Shown here: one piece after another, positions 1-15,284 of the stretch
Layout of the letters: every line of letters starts with the position of its first letter
How positions within the stretch are numbered: position 1 is the first letter of the stretch
NCBI RefSeq assembly: GCF_009914755.1
Contig: NC_060931.1
Reading direction: 5' to 3' (one strand)
From: the human T2T-CHM13v2.0 reference genome, Homo sapiens
DNA: 64,000 bases
Program-made: the position numbers and the translations under genes
Notes under the pieces: model-generated
The model's input: the letters and a program-made list of their open reading frames with translations, nothing else
Told to the model about the DNA's origin: nothing
Database searches by the model: none

Positions 1-129
1 ATGAAGAAAAATACAATAGCACATTTCTATTATTAATATTATTATATAAATGTAAATGAAAGGTGATTTCAAAATAAATGGTTGTTTATAGAATAGAAAT
101 ATTAGGCATTCTTAGCAGAATTGGTATGG

Positions 130-648
130 AAATGAATCTAGACAGAAGAGCAAGGTTCAGATCATGGGGGACTTGTATATCATGCTAAGGAGTTTAAACT
201 ATTGCCTGTGATGAAGTGAACCCCTGATATACTTTTTATAATAAGTAAATAGTATCAAAATAATTTTTAAATTGTTAAAAAGAGTCTACCTAATGACAGA
301 GTTAAGGATAGATATGTGGCTTAAACTTCTGCACTACAAGCAGATACGGTGTTTAGAAGACTAGAATATCATTGCTAGAATCCAGAACATAATTGGTGAA
401 GGTGACTTGTGTTTCTTTGGCTTGAACACTCAACTAACGGTGATTTTCAATGAGGTAATGGATTTTGAAGATGAGTTAATATGCAATAAAATGTAATTAA
501 TTTGGATACATGTGAGATACCAGCAAATAGCCGTTAGTGAATTTTGATATATGGCCATTAAATGTAGAGCAAAAGACAGGAATGGAGTTAAGACTTAGAT
601 GTCATAATTATAATGTAGCATTTGAACTGAGTGAAGTGAGTATATGTG

Positions 649-690
<42 letters not shown>

Positions 691-1200
691 AAGAAAAGAG
701 AAGAATCTAGGAAAGACACCAAGATTTAAGCTGAAAGTAAGAGATAAAGGCCTTTGCAAAAAAGTAAAGAAATAATGTTCAAGAAAATAAACTTAGATAG
801 AACAAAGGCAAGGAGAATTCTAGAGAGAATCCTAAAGATATTTTAAAGAAAACTGTAGTCACTAATTGGAAATGTTGCAGAGGATATAATTAATGTGACC
901 ACTGAACATGTTAATTATTTTTAATAGGAGGCTGTTAATAACTTTTGTGTCTATGATTACAATGTTCTGAGGGCAGAAGCCAAATTCTAGTGCAATTGAA
1001 GGACTAATTTTGGGTAAGCAATTAAAAATACAAATGTAGACTACCCTATAAATTCATTTTTTTGAAGGGAAGAGGCTAAGGATGTTAGCTAAATGAAAAT
1101 ACAGTGTAAGCAAAGGGTATTTTATGTTTTAAAAAATCTGAATATGTTTGAAAGATGCAGCGAAGAGTCATTTGAAAGAACAAGTTCAGCATTAGTGAAA
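130..1200 (-). mobile_element. Highly degraded L2 LINE fragment (boundaries approximate)
   Basis: 'cagatcatgggggacttgtatatcatgctaaggagtttaaact' (158-200) resembles the reverse complement of the L2 3' region; purine-rich continuation. Confidence 0.55.
645..682. repeat. (TG)n microsatellite
   Basis: About 19 TG units with one CG interruption. Confidence 0.97.
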
Positions 1201-2249
1201 AAACATTTTTATGAAAAAATTTTGAATTTTTTATGGGAGTATTGATCATACGGGAAATAGCATAGTGGTATTACTCTTTTTGCTTTAAACCTAAAGAAAA
1301 AATGCACTTCTCTGAGATTGCAGGAGAGAGGTAAGGTGGAGTTGACCAGGATCATGTAAGACATTTTGTGTGGAAATATGAAGACCCAGCAGTGTATATA
1401 AACAACTATGTTCATACATGTGTGGCTTTCTCCTATATGTCTTAGTAGCCATAAGTGTTGAAGCAGACACAGCACACAATAATGCTGTTATAGACAGGAG
1501 TGGAGAAAAAGATTATGGAATGAGATTATTACTGATGCCTTTAAAAGAGTAGTTGAAAATATGTTTTATGTGACTTAGTTTGGATAGATAAGAAAAATGT
1601 AGAGAAATAGTGGTTATATACCAGGATTAGAAAAAATCTTAGAAACAGGGGTATTATTAAAACAAAAATGAAACAATACTTTTTATCATTTAGAGCAAGA
1701 AGAACGCATGGTTCAGGGTGCACATAATAGGTTGTTGGGAGTTTGCAATTGTGTATTTTTGAACACTTCAAATAAAGCCAAGGGTCAAAATGAAGTATTG
1801 AAATTGAGTAGCAGAATTAGAAAAGAAATGAAAAACATTGGAAGGTAAAATTTCCAAGGACTCCTATTTTTTGTATTTTACTTTATAGTTAGCATTTTTT
1901 TGAAGTTGCTTTGGATTATGATGGTGGTAGAAGTGTAAATACTATGAGGCACATTCAAAAGTTGTCAATAACAGGTTGATAGCCTATGGGCAACATCAGA
2001 TAGTAATAGCCAAACATCAAAAACAAAAATTAAAATACACAACAAAGGTATTAATTATAATGTCATTAGAATTAAATTGGTTTGGCTGTAAACTTCACCT
2101 CCACCACTTGCTGACAATGAAACCCTAAAGAAATAATCCTCTCTGAATCAAAAATGTATCTTAACCAACAAGAAAATTTCTACACAAACAAAATTATGTC
2201 TTTTTCCTAAGGGTCATAAATAAAGTATAGCAAAGACAAAGAAACTCTC

Positions 2250-3060
2250 AACTCAAACAATTTTGGATGATAATATCTATTTTAATATAATAGTATGAAC
2301 ATATATAAAATCTAGGAAAATAATGTCCTTCCTTGTGGAGGTACATGCAATGGCATTCACATTTCTGGAATTACTTATAAAAAATTATACATAACTAAAA
2401 CATTTTGTACATTTTCATTCTTTTTAAGACATTTATCATCCATATAGAAGGAAGAAAATAAAAAGAATAGCAGAACTCAAGAAAAAATTACAGTAATTGG
2501 ATATTAGAGACAATATTAAAAAGCAGAAGTTTGTTGATTAAGCTGGTTCATTACATGCAAACAATAATTACAATTCAATATATTTTAAGAGTTGAAAAAT
2601 TAATTGGGGATATAATATGATACAGAACAAATATATGATAAAATTCAACATCTAATAATAGCAATAACGATTTGATAAATAGTAATAGAAATAAACTTTC
2701 CTAAACTGATAAAGATTATCTACAAAAATTTTTGCAAGCATCGCAGTTCATTGGAAACATTGCAATATTTACTCTTGAGATGGTGATCAATATAAATAGC
2801 AATGATCACCATTTCTATTCATCAATATACTGGATATGCTAGTAAGGATGATAATAAATGATAAATGGTAATGATTAGATAGAAAAAGATACAACTGTTA
2901 TTAATTTATAGGCCACATAGTCATGAATCTAAAGTATAAAAAATAATCCATATAAAGAACTATTATAGCTAATATGTTAACATAAAAAGTTTACTGGATA
3001 TAAGAAAATATAAAAGTAACTGAATTTCTACATATGCGCAATGGATTAATAGAATTTGCC
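2250..3060 (+). mobile_element. Ancient L1M ORF2 fragment
   Basis: A-rich L1 ORF2-like motifs: 'tgataaaattcaacatc', 'aaactttcctaaactgataaagattatctacaaaaa', 'caccatttctattcatcaatatactgga'. Confidence 0.65.
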
Positions 3061-3599
3061 TATACACACACTTCAGACATGCTATGTCAAGAGCATCATC
3101 TACCTTTGCAGGATTGAGTGTAGTTTCACATTACTTAAATGCCTAATAAATCCTTAGAATTAGGTTCTTCCTAAAAACCTTTGCTTTATTTCCTTTTTGC
3201 CTTTCTTGTTTGACTATAAAGGACTTCATCCAAACAGCATTTTCTTAGTGTGACCTTTTGTGATGATGTGTTATTAACTGCATATACAAAGAACAGAGAG
3301 AATTTCGGCTGATCATAAATCTTACTGAGGACATGTAAGAAATAGGCAATTTGCCTTATACTACAAATAATTTTCTCTGTCCTGTACCTTAACATCCTCT
3401 GAGAGGCAAACCAGCATAATTAATAGAGGTCAATGAATAACACTCACAGCTGGCAGTTTTTTATACGGTAGCAAAGAGTAAAGGAATTAATCATAATATT
3501 CTCACTACTTGATCGTTTTTGTTTTGATATTCAACTACAGTAGTGTTTAAAAAGTTAAATTAAGAATAAACTAAAATACAAAACTTCATAGTGTCTTTG

Positions 3600-3795
3600 G
3601 GAGCGGGAGTCTTTTTTCGCTTAAATTCTGTTTCTGCTTCAGCGTGTGATCTCGCTTGTGTGGACTTCATTTTTCTCATCTGTAAAATGGTGGGGTGTGG
3701 TGATAACCAAGACACAGGGTAGCTGGCTTAAGTTTTCATGTGTGTAAAAAGTGACTTGTGTAGTCACTAATACATAGTGTGGGATCAGTGCTGAA
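3600..3795 (+). mobile_element. MIR SINE
   Basis: MIR core-like 'cttcatttttctcatctgtaaaatgg' followed by 'tgtgtaaaaagtg...tacatagt'. Confidence 0.7.
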
Positions 3796-5546
3796 AAGAC
3801 AGTCTTTGTAGTAATAGTAGGAGAAGTAGAAGTGTTAGTAGTTATTGTGTAGCACATTCATTTCCACTGCATGGCACTGAGGTTTAAGGTCACTCTCCCT
3901 GACTCAGAAGCTGATTTAATAAATTAAGGAGAAAAAAAATCAGTATGCATGGAATCATGTTAATAAAATATTTATGTGTTGCTTTTTTATTTTTCTTTTT
4001 TTTATGTCTTAGTTTTTTAGACATTGTAAAGCAGAGACCAAATGATAATGAAACCATAAAATAAGGAGCAGCTCACTTCACTATGGATAAATTGGCTTTA
4101 AATATCATTGGGTTTCCCATATGTTATTATAGAAAATGGTGGAAGCTATTACTCTGTAGTTTCACTTATATTTTTCTCTCAAAGTCTACAGTGCTGTTTG
4201 ATCATTTAAGATAAACAATTTTAAAAGCTGTGATCTCCAAAGTCCATTCTATTTCTAAAATTATGTCTGATGTCTGTATGGGAGCAGACAATATTTAAGT
4301 AACCTCTAACAACTATTTAGAAACTAAGTAAAAATTTTACAGAAGAATATAGAAAGAATAATGGAAAGATATCTGGAATCAAGAATTAAAATGTGTACTT
4401 CAGATAAAGAATTTTGCTGGAGTAAGAGAAGACAATGTTTGTAGTGTGGACTTTTGAAAACTTGTTTCCTTTAAGTAACATAAACGTAAGTAGCAAATTA
4501 AGTTTTCAAATGCAAGAATTGTAACATAAGATTGCTCAATCAATTTGATTCAAGGCTTTAGAGCTATCCATCCTTTAATAAGTCTCTCTAACATTTCATG
4601 TGGGAAATAAAATATTTTACTTATTCTTTTAGAGTTATGTAGTTTGTGCTTGGAAAGGCTATTACTTACTCAGTTTCAGATATTCTTCTATTTGTTGGCA
4701 CATATACAAGCGTAGACAATTCAACTACTTCACTTCATGTTATTAAATAAAGTAAATATATTTCCTCTGGTAGTAGGAATATACATTTTTAATGAAATGA
4801 CTTTTTTTCTGTAGAAATTTTACTTGATCCCTTCACCATAAATTTTCTTTTTCTGAATGAGAACAGGCAAATAGAGAAAAAAAGAGCTTAACAAATTACT
4901 TGAGTCTAGGACTTGATGTAAGAAACTCTTAAAAGAGGTTTTGATAATTTCCTTTTCAGAAATAATTTCTATATATTCTTAGTAAACAGGCTGATGTCTC
5001 CCTTATTTGTGTTACACGTAACATCTTTGAAAAACTTTTCATGTCTTCTCTATACATCTGGTATGCTATAGTAAGTTGTGGGAGGAAAAATAAACAGAGC
5101 TCATTATTTTCATTTCTTTTGGCTTTTAGATTTTAGTTTGCATCAAAATACATCATCCATACTGATGTGTGTAGAGAAGCAAAACGTGACAATTACGTTG
5201 CACTATCCACTTAGAGGTACCTAAGTAGTTTTGTTTGGTTTTGAGCAGTTACTAAAGCTTTTGCCTTTCTTATAAGCAATAAATACTAAGGAGATTAGCA
5301 TATTTTGTTCAATATTATGGTAAATGATTTTAGTTTGATATTATACAAATAAAATAAATGCTTTTTCAATGCCTACAGAACTTTTCTAGAAGTTAAATAT
5401 ACTGCACATAGCATTATATATTACAAATCAACAATGCATATCTGTAAAATAAACATGATATCTGAGTCCTTACTCTTATCTATTCTTATCTAATCAATCT
5501 TTGGAAAGGGTTAAATTTTCACAATTAAGAAAACTGCACTGCTTAC

Positions 5547-6053
5547 TGTAGTAAAACTGCAAATATGGCCACAAATTCCTCCCATCTTTGTATGCATGAC
5601 CCCTTGCTATGTAGAAGGATCTTCTTACCTCTACAGTCTCAAACTTCACTTCGATTGTATTGGTCAGATAACTTGATTTGAACAATAAAAATATTAAACA
5701 TGCTACAGAAAGAGGCTTGAACAGAGGTTGTTCATTGGGGCTTTACTTCTTTTTCTGTGCTTAGAGTCCTGAGACTACCTTGTGGTTAGCCTGAGCCAGG
5801 TCACTGGAAGATGAGAAGTCAGATAGAGGAGAATCATTGCACTATTTCTAATGGCCAAGTGACCACCAAATAGTGAGACCAACCAGACCATCAGTGAACC
5901 ACCTGTCTATCTTCCAGATAACAGCAGACACAAGAGAAGGCCCCATATAGCTACTCTAACCCAATCCAGAAGCCGACTAAAAGGTTTATAGGACAAATAA
6001 AATGATTATGTTGTTTAAAATCATTCCATTGCACAGCAAACACTAAGTGATAA
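5547..6053 (+). mobile_element. MLT1-family (ERVL-MaLR) solo LTR
   Basis: Starts 'tgtagtaaaactgcaaatatggccacaaattcctccc'; ends with the MLT1-type 'aaataaaatg...gttgtttaaa...cagcaaacactaagtgata'. Confidence 0.75.
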
Positions 6054-8697
6054 ACTCACAAATGTAAGCTGGGTGAAAAAAGATGATCTTATGAATAAGA
6101 CTGAAACAAAATGCTCTAAAAATACGAAACAATTTACAAGATGGTAACTTTGCCTAAGGTTTAAATCAACTAATAATAAAAAAACTGGCATTAGGAAACA
6201 ATATTCACCTAGTAATACAGAAAATGTTCAAATAGTAGTGCTATACCCGACTGCAGCATTACATTAAGTTTTGTGCAGGACATGACATCGATAGTATTTT
6301 ACCTGTGATCAGATAGCTGAGATGACTCAATATCAATCAAACCAAACAACAAATTTCATGTTCTTGTGCCAAATAAGCTCATTATGTTGCATGACCAGAG
6401 AGTGTAACTTTAAACGAAGCTGGCCATCTGGCAAATTCATATTTTGGTCACAAGAGGAATCATAAAAAATAGTTCAGAATACTTGTCTTTACAAAATGTT
6501 CACATTTTAAATATATCTCAGGCTAATTATACTTTGTACAATGAATTATACATAATATACCTTCCCCTCTCTTTTCTCCTCTAGTTTATTTCATTGCTTT
6601 TAAAAAATCATTTTATTCCCAAGCTTAAACCAATAATTATAATTTAAGAACCAAAAAATATTTACAACAGTTATAAAATTGCAATTGACTTGTTACACTA
6701 ATTTTGTTTAAAATCTTGCTTCTCCCATAATGTTACCTAATTGTTTCTTTAATTATCTTAGGCTTAGGGTCTCAACACGTTTGCTGGGAGAAAACAGTAT
6801 TTTTTGTATAAACTTCTATATACACTAAGGGGAAAAACTCCTATATTTTATTTAGAATATGTTAGAAAGATCAATTTTTTTCTGTTTATTTTAATTTAAC
6901 TTCTTGTCCTAGCACAAAATAGGTTAGGTAGAAATAGAATGTTTGCTGACAACAACATGCAACTAATGATTTTTCCTATACCATGCTTTAATTAAATTTT
7001 ACTTTATTCTTGAGGCAAGAAAGCCATGCAGGGATTTTTACTTTTTTTAAATTTATATCCTATAGATAAGGCTCAATTTAATTCCATTCCCTGTGAAAAT
7101 GGAGAAAACAATTGTCCTACTTGCAAACTCATGCAATTTGTAAACTAATTTGCCCACACTTATATTTTATGGGATTAAAATTATGGTCACTTTCAAATCC
7201 CCAGATACATATATTCCATGATTTTGTTTTTCCTTATGTGGGTGGTTAAATATTATGGTTTGTGAGAATAACAGAAAAGCTTAAATAGTTCAAAACACTA
7301 TTCTTCAGCAAAGTTGAAAATGAAATGAAACTAGATTTCTTTTTTTTTTACTTTCTGAGAAAGTGTTATTTGAAAGTCCATTTTTGAAGGATTATTTACA
7401 TTTAATTTCAAAGACCACTAATAGGGAAGAAAAATTTCCTTTTTCTTTTAATCTGCTAATACCTTTAACACACTTTCTTCTCCAAGCATTCTACCCCTTT
7501 TAACACTGTTAATGTCAACGGGCAGAGAAGGAAAAAGGAAGTCAGTTGGAAACATTAAAGTCTTAATAACAGGTAAAAGTATACCTGATGTATAGTAACT
7601 GGTGATGTTAATACACAAGCATTGCTTTCTTATTTTTGTAGCCCTTTTTACAGAGTTGTAGTTCCAGCAACTCTGTCCACACGCCAAGCCCAACCTTCTA
7701 ACTAGATAGACTTTCCTCTCTATACTATACCTTGATGCAAACATAACACCCTTTAGCTGAACTGTTACAATTCTCACTCAGCTTTTGACCAAGTTCCGTA
7801 ATTCTAATTTCTTTTATCCTGAATTAATTCTCTAAGAAAAAGGCAGGCAGCAGTTTCTAAGCTCCACAAATTCCAAGGACATATGCCAGTTTATATTAAT
7901 AATTCTCTTGAACTTCACCCAAGAAGTCTGAAGTCTATATAAGAGTTTCAGAAGCTCAGAAAGCATTGAGCCAAGGATAATACATGAATTTTCCCTCTTG
8001 AAAATGATCACTCTCAACCTCCCAAAGAATTATTTTCATGCCACCTCACTTGTTTGGTGAGTGCAGGGAGGGGAAAAAGATAAATGCTTAGCCTTTTCTA
8101 TGGATGTAAATGAATAAGCATACCTCCAATTAGCTCTTTAGCCTTCTTTAATATTAACTTATTAACTTATGATGATTATTATAATGATCATGGCTTAACC
8201 ACTTTGGATACATTTTTGCAATTCTTGCATAAATGTGAATAGTAAATCATTGTTAGATCACACACATAAAGTCCTATTTGATATAATGATGTCTAAGTAA
8301 AACGTCTAGCTCACAGTGTATGTTCAATAAATGTAAATGCAATAATCATATTACTAACACCTTGAGCTAAAAAAAATACAGTGTGAGATAAAAAATTAGA
8401 ATTTAAATTAGATACCTGACTTCTAGTTTTGGATCTATCATCAGTTAATATAAACCTTATATAGCCAATGTCTCAGTTTACAGATATAAATACACACATG
8501 TCCTATATAAATTTTGTGGTAAACTTTGAGTTCTCTTCAACTTAAAATGACACGTAATTCTACCCAGTATATAATCAATAAAATGTAATTGTTGAATTTA
8601 ATAAGCTATAACTCTATACTTAAAAATGTTTTAAAGCTTAAATCAGATTTCATCATTCCCAAGTGGAAGATAATCATCATAGAAAATGCAGATTCAG

Positions 8698-9039
<342 letters not shown>

Positions 9040-12000
9040 TCAAGGGAATTTTACGTACGTATATTTATCTCCTTTAAGTTGTAGATTTTTTTTTGGCATT
9101 GTAAACTGATTTAGGCACACACAAAATAATAATTAACTTTGACTAGATACCAATCCTAGCAAGTTTTATTCTCCACATTAATTCTGCTATTAGAGATACC
9201 ACCATTATAGGGAAGAAGGGTCATGCTAGAAGCAGAGAAATAATAATAATAATAGTAATAATAGAGATGAGATAAGCTATATTGATTCATTTTTGTTTTA
9301 TTAAAGGAGTTTCATACACCCACTTCCAACATTTCTTACGTATTAAACCTTGAGAATAGTTAGGGTTCTATATCCTTTGAAGTCAAATGTAAAGCGGAAA
9401 GAGGAAATCTGTAACTTAAACCCCTTGCATTTCTGGAAAGGAGCATAATTAATGTTCAAATAACATGGCTGACCAAATGGAACCAATTATTGAATCAATT
9501 AAGCACTCAGGCCTAAACTATACATAGCTGTATGTACACTCTCAAAAAGTTGTCAGATTTCATGTTTATAGATCTTGGCTTTCCATGCAAGCTAAACTGA
9601 AACTCCACATCTACTTCAAGTGACTCGACAAGTCTCAAAAGGCTCATACAATGTCACCTCTGAAAGAATTATTGTCTTCTTACTGTGCATATAAATTTAG
9701 AACATTACCAGGAAGTATGATCAAATTCCCTTTAATGTAAAATGAAATACTTTCCAAAAGTAGGACAACATTTCAAATAAAGCCCCAAGAAAGAATGCAT
9801 CTGTGTCCACCTCTTGAAGATATGTATAGCACTACATACCATAAAAAAACCTCTGAACCATTTAAATGATCTGTTCAAAGACAAGTATACCAACTAAAAT
9901 CTACAAGAGAGGAATAAAAAACAGACATTCTATTCTGTTTAACAAAAATTCTCTCAAAACAAAAGTCAAAATACCTTGAGATATGCTTCTTAAAACTCAA
10001 TATAAAATCACAGACAAGCCATTTTTTATTTTTATCCCAAGTGTCATAATGTCATCATAAGAACTGAGCTTGAGACACAGCTTGAACACTAAAAAAAAAA
10101 AAAAAAGTCTCAGTTTTCAACAGTCCTAGGAGAAAAGGAGGCCCCTGTGGGTGACCTCATTATTCAGTTGTAAATTTAGCAAAGAAGGAATTGACAAGGT
10201 AAGGACTATGGGTACAAGTAGCAGTCATGGAAGGCAAGCTCCTTTGGAAAGAACTTACCCTGTCACTGCCGTGAAGAGCTCTAAATTGGTGGCCCCCTCC
10301 AGAAACTCAAGAGTATTCCAGGGGTTTATATATACATACATATTTTTTGAAATAAAAATGTCTTCAATATTCCTCTTGCTTTACTTAGAATGCCTGATTT
10401 TTAAAATGGTATCCAAGTTGAACTTACTGATTTCAATGAAAGGAGAATAATTTGTTTAAGTCACTAAAAGACACATTTTAAGACAAAATTGGCATCCAAT
10501 TTATGTCATTGCTATACCATTCCTTTATCATTTGCATTGATGTATTTTTTGAAGAGCAGCATGCAATATATAAGCATGTAATTATATATCTAAATGATAA
10601 AATTAAGACCTTGGTCTTTGTATAAAAATCCAAATTGATATATCGTTTTTATATTTAAGCACGTCATTTTTTTGCCTTTTGTCTCCAAAATGTCTTAGAA
10701 GAGCATGATGCATACCATATCTATTTTACCAAAAAAATCTAACACTCTGAGACTTTAAATAATTTTATTTAAAAATTGATAAGAAAGACTTCAACTACAA
10801 TCTTCTGGTAGATTGTACTCACTTTAATAGGTATTATGAGCTCATATGGATATATTTATTATAAAATCAAAGTTAAATATTTATAGTTACAGATCTGACA
10901 CAACAGTATAGAATGCATAAAAATTTATAATTTCTCCATTCAGAGCTTGCATTAAAATTGAAGTTGATAACCAATTATACCTAATAATTTTAGGGACATA
11001 ATGGATATATATTTGAACTTCATAATATTCAATATGTTATGTATATTTAATGGAAAATGCTGCAGATTTATGGAAATTAGATGTTAATTTATCACATTTT
11101 GATTTTTTTACTATATTTATAGAGACAAATTAGTTACTTGTCAGTATATCTTCTGTCTGTACACAGCACCATACTGGAAACATATTTTATGTCTAATAAT
11201 ATCTATGGATGAAGTAAACACAAATACATAAATAACAAGGTTTTCCAATAAACATGCATTCTAAAGTTTTGTTTGCTCTTCCCTCACACTATCAGTTGAA
11301 TAAAGGGAGAAAAGATAAAAAAAAAAAATCAAGAGATTCTAACCATCTAAATGAGTGGTGGCCAACATCTGAAACATTGTTTACATAAAGGAATCCATAA
11401 AATGGTTAAACAAAAAAATTATTAAGTCTAGTAGCCAATAGGAATCTTCCATAATGTGAAAAATATATAACATACAAATTTGAGATTCTATTAAGTGAGA
11501 ATCACTTTTTTGGGTCACAGGTAACCTTTAAGCTGATTTTTTCCCAATTAATAAAATCACTGGACTACCCCAACACAAGTCAGACAGACAATATTCCGAA
11601 GTAGAATAGAGAAAAAAATTAGAGAGCAGGTTGTATGGTAGCCTCAGTTCTTGTTAAGTAGATGCAGCTCTTGACATTTTGCAAAAGATTTTGAAAGTGA
11701 AGTTCTTTAAATTTAGCATTTCCTAGATCTGCAAAATTTGGAAGAGCAACATGTATATCTAAAAGGAATTAAAATTACAGAACATTCTTCAGACATGGAA
11801 GCAGAATTCCTTGAAAATGGTACTATAAGTCCAAATGCAGAGATTTGATTATCATAACACAGATTTCTCACAATATTCTCAAATAGAATCAATGAATACC
11901 AAAAAACATAAATTTATTTGGTAAGATTCATTCATTCCAAACTGAGGAGAGGCTGTAAATTAGTACCATATAATGGCAAGACACTGAGATCACAATGACT

Positions 12001-13427
12001 GAAAGGGCTTAGGTGACTTTTACAATGACTGAGGAAGAGCTTAGCAAATCCTGTTTCAAAAAAAAAAAACGAAAAAAACTGGACATAATTATTCAAACAT
12101 CTATTCAAAGACTGGAAACTGAAGAAATATATATGGTAAATATATAATATACCACGTATTCAAAATATAAAAGCACGTATTCAAAAAAGTGTATTGTATC
12201 ACAGTAAGAAAAATGGGAGTCTGTAGTGTTTTGTTCTGGAAGCGACTTCTGCAATTCTTCTCCCTAGTACAGAAGTTCTACTAGGTTGGGACAGGCAGAG
12301 CAGACTAGTAGAGCAAGAAGACTTTACTGGAAGCAAAGCAAGAAAAATTATTATATACCCAGAATTGTCAAAGATTATAGCAGTACCAATGTCAATCAGG
12401 AAAGACCAACTTTACAATTAGCCATTACACCAGTTCAGTCAAAAAGTACAATTGCAGAAAAGTCAAATATTTAGAATGTAAATGAAAGGAAAGAGACAAA
12501 GATTGTCTTAACATTCTACTTATCCCAGCCTTCTATAAAACCTGTGGACACACAAAGCTAATAACCTTAAGAGAGACCAGAAGGGACCTTTGTAATCTAC
12601 TCTTCCATGGATAAACATGTACCCTTTTGAACAAAGAAAGTAATATGTGTGAAACACTTCTAAAGTCTGAGTTTTTAATAAATTCTCCAACCTAGTCATA
12701 ATTCAATTGGCCGATGATGAAAGCCATTGTTGACTAGGCAGTGTTTAAGCTCCAAGTGTTAAAGCACAACTTATAACTAATCATAGGCTAAAAAATAAGC
12801 TATGCCAATCCAGAAGCAACCCTAAGAAGGCTGGCTAAAATCTAATAACACGACTAAAAAGATAAATAAGGAATAGAGCCAAATTGTGAGATTCACAGAT
12901 GTCACACAATTAGGCAAAGCAAGTCACTAAACATACAAACACAAAAATAGCAATAACAAACACCACCATGAAATGGAAAATTAGATTCCAGGTGTTTTAG
13001 AATATATTACCTAAGATATCCAGTTTTTAACAATGACAATGGAAAAAATGTGCAAAAAAATTATAACCCATGCACCGGGGAAAAAACAAACCCAAAATAA
13101 GTCCCATACATTGGACTTAGCAAGATGTTATAACTGTCTTCAAAACCCCGGGGAAACTATTATTAAATAATCAAAGGTGTGTCTAACAATGACTCATCAA
13201 GTAGAAAATACGAATACAGCGAGTAGAATTAAAAAAAAAAAAAAACAGAACCAAATGGAAACACTGGATTTAAAAATACAATAACTTAAATGTAAATGTA
13301 CTAGACAGACTCAACAGAAAATATGGGCTTTAAGAATAATGAATCAACAAACTTGAAGATCAATAAGGAAAATAAAAGTCCCTAAATTTAATTAAAAAAG
13401 TATTTATCTGTACTTTTAGCAAGCTCA

Positions 13428-13755
<328 letters not shown>

Positions 13756-13789
13756 CAGATACCACCAACTAAACATAAACACATCATAG

Positions 13790-15284
13790 TGTGTCCGGAA
13801 TTGGTGAGTTCTTGGTCTCACTGACTTGAAGAATGAAGCCGCAGACCCTCACGGTGAGTGTTACAGTTCTTAAAGTTGGCGTGTCCAGAGTTTGTTCCTT
13901 CTGATGTTCGGATGAGTTCAGAGTTTCTTCCTTCTGGTGGGTTTGTGGTCTTGCTGGCTTCAGGAGAGAAGCTGCAGAACTTCGCAGTGAGTGTTACAGC
14001 TCATAAAAGCAGTGTGGACCCAAAGAATGAACAGCAGCAAGATTTATTGCAAAGAACAAAAAAACATAGCTTCCACAAGGTGGAAGTAGACCCCAGCGGG
14101 TTGCCACTGCTGGCTTGGGCAGCCTGCTTTTATTCCCTTATCTGGCCCCACCCATATCCTGCTGATTGGTCCATTTTACAGAGAGCTGATTGGTCCATTT
14201 TACAGAGAGCTGAGTGGTCTGTTTTGACAGGGTGCTGATTGGTGTGTTTACAATCCCTGAGCTAGACACAAAAGATCTCCAAGTACCCACTAGATTAGCT
14301 AGATACAGAGTGCTGATTGGTATATTTACAAACCCTGAGCTAGACACAGAGTGCTGACTGGTGCATTTACAAACCTTGAGCTAGATACAGAGAGATGATT
14401 GGTGCATTTACAAACCTTGAGCTAGAAACAGAGTGCTGATTGGTGTATTCACATTCCCTTAGCTAGACATAAAAATTCTCCAAGTCCCCACCAGATCAGC
14501 TAGATACAGAGTGCTGATTGGTGCATCCACAAACCCTGAGCTACACACAGGGTGCTGATTGGTGTATTTACAAACCTTGAGCTAGATACAGAGTGCTGAT
14601 TGGTGTATTTACAATTCCTTAGCGAGACATAAATGTTCATCCAAGTCCCCACTAGACTCAGGAGCCCAGCTGGCTTTACCCAGTGGATCCTGCACCCAGG
14701 TTGCAGGTGGAGCTGCCTACCAGTCCTGCGCTTTGTGCCTGCACTCCTTATCCCTTGGGTGGTGGAAGGGACCTGTGTGGAGCAGGGGGCGGTGCTCGTT
14801 GTGGAGGCTCTGGCTGTGCAGGAGCCCACAGCGGGGTGGGCCCGGGGGAGGCTCAGGCATGGTGGGCTGCAGGTCTGGAGCCCTGCCCCGCGGGAAGGCA
14901 GCTAAGGCCCCATGAGAAATTGAGTGCAGCGCTGGTGGGCCAGCACTGCTGGGGGACCCTGCGCACCCTCTGCAGCTGCTGGCCCGGGTGATAAGCCCCT
15001 CACTGCCTGGGGCCTGTGGGGCCTGCCAAGCCCACACCCACCTGGAATTCGCGCTGGCCCGCAAGCGCCCCGTGCAGCCCAGGTTCCCGCCCGCGCCTCT
15101 CCCTCCACACCTCCCAGCAAGCTGAGGGAGCCGGCTCCGGCCTCAACCAGCCCAGAAAGGGGCCCCCACAGTACAGCGGCAGGCTGGAGTGCTGCTCAAG
15201 CGCGGCCAGAGCAGGCACGGAGGCTGAGGAGGCGCCGAGAACGAGCAAGGGCTGCAAGGGCTGCCAGCACACTGTCACCTCTCA
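13790..15284 (-). mobile_element. Solo LTR12C-like (HERV9/ERV9) LTR, 1495 bp
   Basis: Minus strand begins TGAGAGGTGACAG and ends AATTCCGGACACA; 4-bp TSD ATAG at 13786-13789 and 15285-15288; GC-rich U3 and CCAAT tandem repeats. Confidence 0.96.
14120..14660 (-). promoter_or_regulatory. LTR12 U3 enhancer/promoter: CCAAT (NF-Y) repeat array plus AATAAA-type TATA-like box
   Basis: About eight ~41-bp units 'gtgctgattggtg...tttacaa...gagctagaca/taca' (14230-14620); 24-bp duplicated 'gctgattggtccattttacagaga'; 'cttttattccc' at about 14127 (minus GGGAATAAAAG). Confidence 0.8.

Noticed and set aside
7448-8017. Minus-strand ORFs of 109 and 61 aa in non-repeat DNA
   Set aside because: Non-ATG starts, no motif and no convincing splice architecture.
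10091-10106. Isolated poly(A) suggesting a processed pseudogene tail
   Set aside because: No adjacent AATAAA, no TSD and no mRNA-like body.
14230-14620. Regularly spaced repeats superficially like a CRISPR array
   Set aside because: These are LTR12 U3 enhancer tandem units with no unique spacers, in primate DNA with no cas genes.
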